The notes under the pieces were generated by a model. It was not told where the DNA came from, searched no databases, and was given only the letters and a program-made list of their open reading frames with translations. Shown here one piece after another: positions 58,488 to 64,000 of a stretch of 64,000 bases of DNA. The number at the start of each line of letters is the position of its first letter. Position 1 is the first letter of the stretch. The stretch lies in sequence record SRR20825006_597, one strand, 5' to 3'. Made by a program: the position numbers and the translations under genes.

Positions 58488-60596
58488 ATGTCATTACTCC
58501 GTAAGCTGTTCCCTCTTGCACTTGCCCTGTTGCTGCTGGGCGGGGCAATCAAAGGCGGCGGCGCCCTTCACGACTCATCGCCGGATATTCAGGGCGACCT
58601 GAAGCCGACGGAAGAGCAACTGGAAGCGGCTGAAGAAATTGCTGACAAGCTCAAGTATCACTATCGCCAGCTCGATTTCGATGATCAGCTTTCCGAACAG
58701 GTACTGCAGCGCTACCTGAAAGACCTGGATCCCAATCGCCTGTATTTCCTGGCGTCCGACATCAAGGACTTTCAGCGCTATAACGAAATCCTGGATGACC
58801 AGCTGCGCAAGGGCCAACTGGAAGGCGGCTACACCATTTTCAATCGCTTCCAGCAGCGCCTGGAAGAGCGCCTGACCTGGTCACTGGAGACCATTGCCAA
58901 TGACCTGGATTCACTGACATTCGATAGCGAAGAATCCGTCCGTGTAGATCGTGAAGATGCCCCCTGGGCGAAAGACAAGGCGGCACTGGATGAAATCTGG
59001 CAGCGCCAGCTGAAAAATGCGGTGCTGTCCATGCGCCTCAATGATTCCAGTGCCGAAGATATCCAAACGCGACTCACCCGCCGTTACGAGAGCCAGCTGA
59101 AGCGCATCAAGCAGAACACGCCTGAGGATGTGTTTCAGGTGTACATGAACGCCCTGACACAGACGTTTGATCCTCACACTACCTATTTCACTCCGCACAA
59201 CTCGAAAAACTTCGACATCAGCATGAGCCGCTCACTGGAAGGCATTGGTGCGGTGCTACAGTACGAAGACGGCTACACCAAAGTGGTGCGGCTGGTTCCC
59301 GGTGGCCCGGCGGCCAAGGGCGGCCAACTGAAGCCTGCGGATCGTATTGTCGGCGTGTCCCAGGATGAAGAAGAGCCGGTGCCGGTGATCGGCCTGCGCC
59401 TGGATGAAGTCGTCGACCAGATCCGTGGCCCAAAGGGCACCAAGGTGAACCTGGAAATCATTCCAGCAGGTAGCGCCAGCGAGCATGACACCCGCACAAT
59501 CACAATTGTCCGCAACAAGGTGGTGCTGGAAGAACAGGCCGCCAAGAAAGACATTATCCACGTTGATCGCAATGGTCAGGACCTGAAACTGGGCATCATC
59601 GAAATACCCGCGTTCTACCTGGACTTCGATGCCTACCACCGTGGCGATCCGAAATACACCAGCACCACCAGCGATGTCGCCAAACTGTTGGTCGAGCTGC
59701 GCAAGGAGAATATCGATGGCCTGGTCATCGACCTGCGCAATAACGGCGGTGGTTCGCTGCTGGAAGTGAACAAGCTGGTCAGCCTGTTTATCAACCGGGG
59801 CCCGACGGTGCAGGTTCGTGAGTCCAACGGCCGGGTCAGTGTTGAAGGTGACAAATTCCCCGGCGTACTCTTTGCCGGCCCCATGGCGGTTATGGTGAAC
59901 CGCTACAGTGCCTCGGCATCAGAAATTTTTGCCGGCGCCATGCAGGACTATGGCCGCGCACTGATTGTCGGCGACCAGACATACGGCAAAGGCACGGTGC
60001 AAACCCTGCTGGACCTCAATCATGGCAAGCTGAAGATGACCAATGCCAAGTTCTATCGGGTGTCGGGCTCCAGCAACCAGAACCTGGGCATTGTGCCGGA
60101 TGTGGATTTGCCCTCCCTGGTCGACAAGGACGACGTGGGGGAAAGCTCCCTGCCCAACGCCCTGCCCTGGGATGAAATCAAATCGGCCAATTTCCAGCGT
60201 GTCACCGATCTGGTGCCCTTCCTGCCCCAGTTGCGTCAACGCCATGAAGAACGCACGGATAGCGACCCGGAATTTATTTACGTGCACTCCCTGCGTAAAT
60301 TGCTCGACGTGAACCGCAACCGCACGGAACTCTCGCTGAACGAGAAAGCCCGCACTCAAATGCAGACGCAATTCGATAAAGAGCGCCTGGCCATCGAAAA
60401 CAGCCGTCGTCAGGCCCGCGATGAAGATCCCCTTGAGAGCATCAAGGAGCTGCGCACCCTGGAAGAACAGCGGGCGCTGGATCCGGAAAGCCATGATGAA
60501 GCCATGGACGAAGACCCCTACGTTCGCGAAACCGGAGAAATTCTGGTGGATTACATGGATTTGCTGCGGGAAAACCAGGTTGCCCGCAAAGGCTGA
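58488..60596 (+). CDS. prc: Carboxy-terminal processing protease Prc/Tsp
   Basis: DPHTTY, PDZ GIGAVL, DLRNNGGGSL, SASASEI and GKGTVQ. Confidence 0.94.
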   Translation: MSLLRKLFPLALALLLLGGAIKGGGALHDSSPDIQGDLKPTEEQLEAAEEIADKLKYHYRQLDFDDQLSEQVLQRYLKDLDPNRLYFLASDIKDFQRYNEILDDQLRKGQLEGGYTIFNRFQQRLEERLTWSLETIANDLDSLTFDSEESVRVDREDAPWAKDKAALDEIWQRQLKNAVLSMRLNDSSAEDIQTRLTRRYESQLKRIKQNTPEDVFQVYMNALTQTFDPHTTYFTPHNSKNFDISMSRSLEGIGAVLQYEDGYTKVVRLVPGGPAAKGGQLKPADRIVGVSQDEEEPVPVIGLRLDEVVDQIRGPKGTKVNLEIIPAGSASEHDTRTITIVRNKVVLEEQAAKKDIIHVDRNGQDLKLGIIEIPAFYLDFDAYHRGDPKYTSTTSDVAKLLVELRKENIDGLVIDLRNNGGGSLLEVNKLVSLFINRGPTVQVRESNGRVSVEGDKFPGVLFAGPMAVMVNRYSASASEIFAGAMQDYGRALIVGDQTYGKGTVQTLLDLNHGKLKMTNAKFYRVSGSSNQNLGIVPDVDLPSLVDKDDVGESSLPNALPWDEIKSANFQRVTDLVPFLPQLRQRHEERTDSDPEFIYVHSLRKLLDVNRNRTELSLNEKARTQMQTQFDKERLAIENSRRQARDEDPLESIKELRTLEEQRALDPESHDEAMDEDPYVRETGEILVDYMDLLRENQVARKG

Positions 60597-60622
60597 TTTC
60601 AGCCAACGCACGAACCATGGAA

Positions 60623-60656
60623 ATAAAAAAACCGGCTTTATAGCCGGTTTTTTTAT
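60623..60656. terminator. Bidirectional intrinsic terminator
   Basis: ATAAAAAAACCGGCT-TTAT-AGCCGGTTTTTTTAT between convergent genes. Confidence 0.9.
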
Positions 60657-60696
60657 GGCGCGCCTTGGCCACATCGCGATGCTAACAGCGTACTCG

Positions 60697-61839
60697 TCAG
60701 GCCAGTGCCTTAAAGCCCCAGCGTGCCGGGTTATCACCCAGCCCGGCTTTAAGGGTGCGCCGCCCCAGCTGGTGATTAAACCCCTCCAGTGCCCGCTTGG
60801 CCGGGTCCGGCAGCAAGCGTAAACCGAAGCTGGCAGTGGTGATCGCCGTTTTTACTACTCTTACGGCGGCCGTGGCTGAAACCGTGCTGTGAATATTCAG
60901 ATCGTCAGCCACCTGATCACCGATCAGGTAGCGACTGAAGGCCAGCAGCACATCGTAGGAAAGATTAAACGGCGGCTTGCCGGACATGTCCTTGAGCAAG
61001 GCCTTGGCGAGAGACTCACTGTCCGGCGTGGGATCGTAGAGATGCGAGGTCAATTGCAGGGCCATCACGCTTTGCTCTTCCAGTGTACTGGTCAGCAAGG
61101 CCTCGTTCACGCCCAGTAAATACCCGGCATAACGCCAGAAATAGTGCATGGACTCATGTTCGCGCCGGGAAATCGGCAGGCCGAGACGCTTGAGCCCCCG
61201 CACCACCATGAAATCAAATTCCAGCACCGTACCTGCCATATCTTCCTGATTGATCGGCAAGTCATACTTTTCATTGTCCCAGCGCGGGTTGTTGGCCAGG
61301 AATTGCCGCACAGCCGCATGCAGCAGCCGGACCTCCATCAAGGTTCGGTGCCCCAGCCCCCCGGGGCGGATGCCGTCATCCCCAACGATATTGTGCAGCA
61401 TCTGCCCGGTTTCATAGATGCGCCGGGACACATCCTTTTGCAGCCGGCCGGTAGCAACCAGCACCTGGGACGGCTTGTTGTGCGCATAGCCTTCGACCAG
61501 GCTGGAGCACATCAGCACCAGCCCCTGAAGCGCACCGTTGCGGCGGTACATACGCCGCCCCAGCTCCATTTCCTCGAAATCCACCCAGCTCGGTACGGTA
61601 TAGCAATGGTCCAGAAAGGCCTGAAAATCCCCCCCTTCCGCTTTCGCCCGACGCTCCACTTCATCGAGAAGCCCTGACGGACGGGTAAATTTGATTTGCG
61701 CGGCGCAGCGGTCAGCTAACGGGTCCTGTACCTGTCGCCAGGCATTCAGCTTCTCGTGGGAATAGCGGTCCCACCAGATGCGTTCCTGGGGAGATTGGGG
61801 ACCTTTCGCAAAACGGGTTAATTCCTGCGGCGTTGCCAT
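60697..61839 (-). CDS. Oxygenase MpaB/Lcp-like family (DUF2236) protein
   Basis: PSWVDF, RRIYETGQ, VRLLHAAVR, PINQEDMAGT and WRYAGYLLGV. Confidence 0.83.
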   Translation of the reverse strand: MATPQELTRFAKGPQSPQERIWWDRYSHEKLNAWRQVQDPLADRCAAQIKFTRPSGLLDEVERRAKAEGGDFQAFLDHCYTVPSWVDFEEMELGRRMYRRNGALQGLVLMCSSLVEGYAHNKPSQVLVATGRLQKDVSRRIYETGQMLHNIVGDDGIRPGGLGHRTLMEVRLLHAAVRQFLANNPRWDNEKYDLPINQEDMAGTVLEFDFMVVRGLKRLGLPISRREHESMHYFWRYAGYLLGVNEALLTSTLEEQSVMALQLTSHLYDPTPDSESLAKALLKDMSGKPPFNLSYDVLLAFSRYLIGDQVADDLNIHSTVSATAAVRVVKTAITTASFGLRLLPDPAKRALEGFNHQLGRRTLKAGLGDNPARWGFKALA

Positions 61840-61933
61840 GCATACCTCTTCGTTGTTGTTCTATTCAGAATTCACGACAGAACTCGCGGGTTCTGAATAG
61901 AACTTAGGGTAGCCGGCAGTTGCGGTCAACACA

Positions 61934-62704
61934 CTAAACAGAGGAATCTGTTACCCCCTCAAGAAGCGTATTGATAAGCCATCGGGGCGCATCCAGCGGA
62001 AGATCATGGCCCGCTTCCGCATGCATCTTCAGTGGGAGTTGCCAGGCGGCGGCCAGCCGCCGGGAGCAGCTGGGGCTAACCAGGCGATCCCCTTGCCCGT
62101 TAACAATGATTACCGGCACAGAATCCGGCAGCGCCACCGGCGCCCGAAAACGTATGGCTGCGAGAAGCTGGCGCAGGCTGTTGCTGAGCGAAACCGGCTG
62201 CGAGCCCGCATAGCCAGCCCATTTTTCCGCCAGGGCGTGCAGAAAATCACGCTCGCGCATATTCGAGGTAATCTCAAGGATGGCGGTCTCTTTACGCAGG
62301 GTGTCGCGGCTGAACACAGCCTCTCGCAACAATCGACGGTAATTCATCGGCCGTAAGCGCTGCCAGAAAGGACTGAAACGACTGGCGCTGGTATTGATCA
62401 GGCCGGCAAATGCGACCTCATGGGGAGCCTGACAAAGCCACTGCACCGCCATCATCGCACCCAACGACAGGGCCACCACATGATAAGGGCCACTATGCCC
62501 TTGCGAGTGCAGCTGCTCACGGGCATGGGCCACCATGGCTGCAATCCGCGTCGGGCTGCGTTCCTGCCAGAATTCGCCGTTACCGGGCAGGTCCAGCGTA
62601 ATAACCGTATCCTGCGGCACCGCAGCTTGAAACTGCTCCGGAAACCCTTCCCAATGCCGCTTTTCACGAACCAGGCCTCGCAATAACACCCAGGTTCTCG
62701 CCAT
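61934..62704 (-). CDS. Alpha/beta hydrolase
   Basis: LLRGLVRE, DLPGNG, nucleophile ALSLG, GDRLV and GHDLP. Confidence 0.87.
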   Translation of the reverse strand: MARTWVLLRGLVREKRHWEGFPEQFQAAVPQDTVITLDLPGNGEFWQERSPTRIAAMVAHAREQLHSQGHSGPYHVVALSLGAMMAVQWLCQAPHEVAFAGLINTSASRFSPFWQRLRPMNYRRLLREAVFSRDTLRKETAILEITSNMRERDFLHALAEKWAGYAGSQPVSLSNSLRQLLAAIRFRAPVALPDSVPVIIVNGQGDRLVSPSCSRRLAAAWQLPLKMHAEAGHDLPLDAPRWLINTLLEGVTDSSV

Positions 62705-62794
62705 GTGTTCTCTCCTTGGGACAATGACCCGCTTTACAATACGGGCTAGAATGCCACCGGCTTTCAGGATGGCAAATGGAGTTTCCTCGCGACT

Positions 62795-64000
62795 ATGGCA
62801 CGTAAAACAGTAAAACGGGTTAAAACAGGTTCTGTGGAGCGGCGCTTCTCAATGGCCAAAGCCGGCTTTCTGGCGGGTGCCAAGTATGCCACCGCCAGTG
62901 CAGGCACACTGTTCACCGCTAAAGACAAACGTGATGACCGGCGCAAGGAAATCTTGTCTGCCCGTGCCCAGGAGCTGGTGGAAGAGCTGGGCAGCCTGAA
63001 AGGTTCGGTGGTGAAAATTGGCCAGATGATGGCACTGTTCGGCGAGCACTTCCTGCCCGAAGAGGTCACCACTGCCCTGCATACACTGGAAAACCAGACA
63101 ACCGCACTGGAATGGCCAGCCATCCAGAGGCACCTCAAGCGCCAGCTCGGTGAAGTCAAACTGGCTGAGCTGGAGATTGAGCAACAACCGCTGGGGGCTG
63201 CCTCGCTGGCGCAGGTGCACAAGGCCGTGCGCAAGTCAGATGGCAAGGAACTGTGCCTGAAGATCCAGTACCCCGGCGTCGCTGACGCGATTGATTCCGA
63301 CATGCGTGCGCTGGTACGGCTGCTGAAGTTGAGCCGCCTGGTACCCATGACCGAACAATTCAACATGTGGCTCGATGAAGTGCGCGAGATGCTCAAGCGC
63401 GAAGTGGATTATGACCTAGAGGCTCATACCACCCGCCATTTCCGTGCCGCGCTGGCCGATGACACGCGTTTTGTGGTTCCGGAAATTGTTCCTGAATTCT
63501 CAACGCACAACATCATGTGCATGACCTTCGAACGAGGCATTGGCGTCAATGATCCCGCCGTGCTTGAGCTGTCCCAGACCCGCCGCAACTTTATCGGCCG
63601 AGCCATCATGGAGCTGTGCTGCCGGGAAGTGTTCGAATGGAACAAGATGCAAACGGACCCGAATTTCGGCAACTATCTGCTGCGTATTGGGGAAACCCCG
63701 GAGCAGGACCAGATCGTGCTGCTGGATTTCGGCGCCATCCGTGATTTCGACAACGAAGTGCTTGGCCCGGGCCGGGAGATGATTCGTGCCTCCTTTTACC
63801 ACGATACAGACCGGCTGATCCGGGCGCTCAACGCCCTGGACTTTCTGGCCCGTAACGCCCCGCGCAAATTGCTTGAGGAGTTCTCTGAGCTCTGTTTCGA
63901 AGCGGTTGAAGTGTTGCAGGACCCGGACCGTTTTCCGCCCCCGGCCTCCGTGCTGAATGATAATGGTGAGTACTGCTGGGGCAAGAGCAACCTGCCCAAC
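62795..64000 (+). CDS. AarF/ABC1/UbiB atypical kinase family protein (3' end beyond the window)
   Basis: Not in the ORF track; translated by hand from ATG 62795: MARKTVKRVKTG...LKGSVVKIGQ...AASLAQVH...KIQYPG...EVDY...QTDPNFGNY...LLDFG. Confidence 0.88.
   Translation, partial: MARKTVKRVKTGSVERRFSMAKAGFLAGAKYATASAGTLFTAKDKRDDRRKEILSARAQELVEELGSLKGSVVKIGQMMALFGEHFLPEEVTTALHTLENQTTALEWPAIQRHLKRQLGEVKLAELEIEQQPLGAASLAQVHKAVRKSDGKELCLKIQYPGVADAIDSDMRALVRLLKLSRLVPMTEQFNMWLDEVREMLKREVDYDLEAHTTRHFRAALADDTRFVVPEIVPEFSTHNIMCMTFERGIGVNDPAVLELSQTRRNFIGRAIMELCCREVFEWNKMQTDPNFGNYLLRIGETPEQDQIVLLDFGAIRDFDNEVLGPGREMIRASFYHDTDRLIRALNALDFLARNAPRKLLEEFSELCFEAVEVLQDPDRFPPPASVLNDNGEYCWGKSNLPN

Noticed and set aside
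1..64000. CRISPR arrays, tRNA/rRNA genes, IS elements, integrases, prophage, defence systems and matS sites
   Set aside because: None were recognised on reading. A very degenerate or small RNA element could have been missed without Infernal or tRNAscan.

Overview
This window looks like core chromosome of a moderately high-GC marine gammaproteobacterium. Gene content and order suggest Alcanivorax or a relative, which is an inference not confirmed by any search. It appears to span the replication terminus. A near-canonical 28-bp XerC/XerD dif site lies at 31469-31496, and FtsK-orienting KOPS octamers (GGGNAGGG) switch strand around it. Left of dif are housekeeping genes: a CPA1 antiporter, a Bcr/CflA MFS pump, ybbP-ybbA/tesA, yciI-yciB, yciV-yciO-trpS-scpA-scpB-rluB, rsmE, a MoxR-VWA pair and a DcaP-like porin. 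Around dif is about 12 kb of apparently accessory cargo with no integrase or transposase. It holds a czcI-like gene plus czcCBA, a SAM methyltransferase, a LysR with a divergent MDR/luciferase-like/SDR oxidoreductase operon, and a secreted DUF4437 cupin. Right of dif are an RND pump with no linked outer-membrane factor, the cbb3 oxidase cluster ccoNOQP-GHIS-(DsbD_2)-hemN-fnr-uspE with two perfect FNR boxes, yaaA, corA, an AlkB-family dioxygenase, spmAB, prc, and an MpaB/Lcp-like oxygenase + hydrolase + ABC1 kinase trio. I found no rRNA, tRNA, CRISPR, IS or prophage. The best candidates for uncharacterised biology are the dif-flanking cargo, the LysR-linked oxidoreductase/cupin module and the MpaB-hydrolase-UbiB trio. 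All three are hypotheses.
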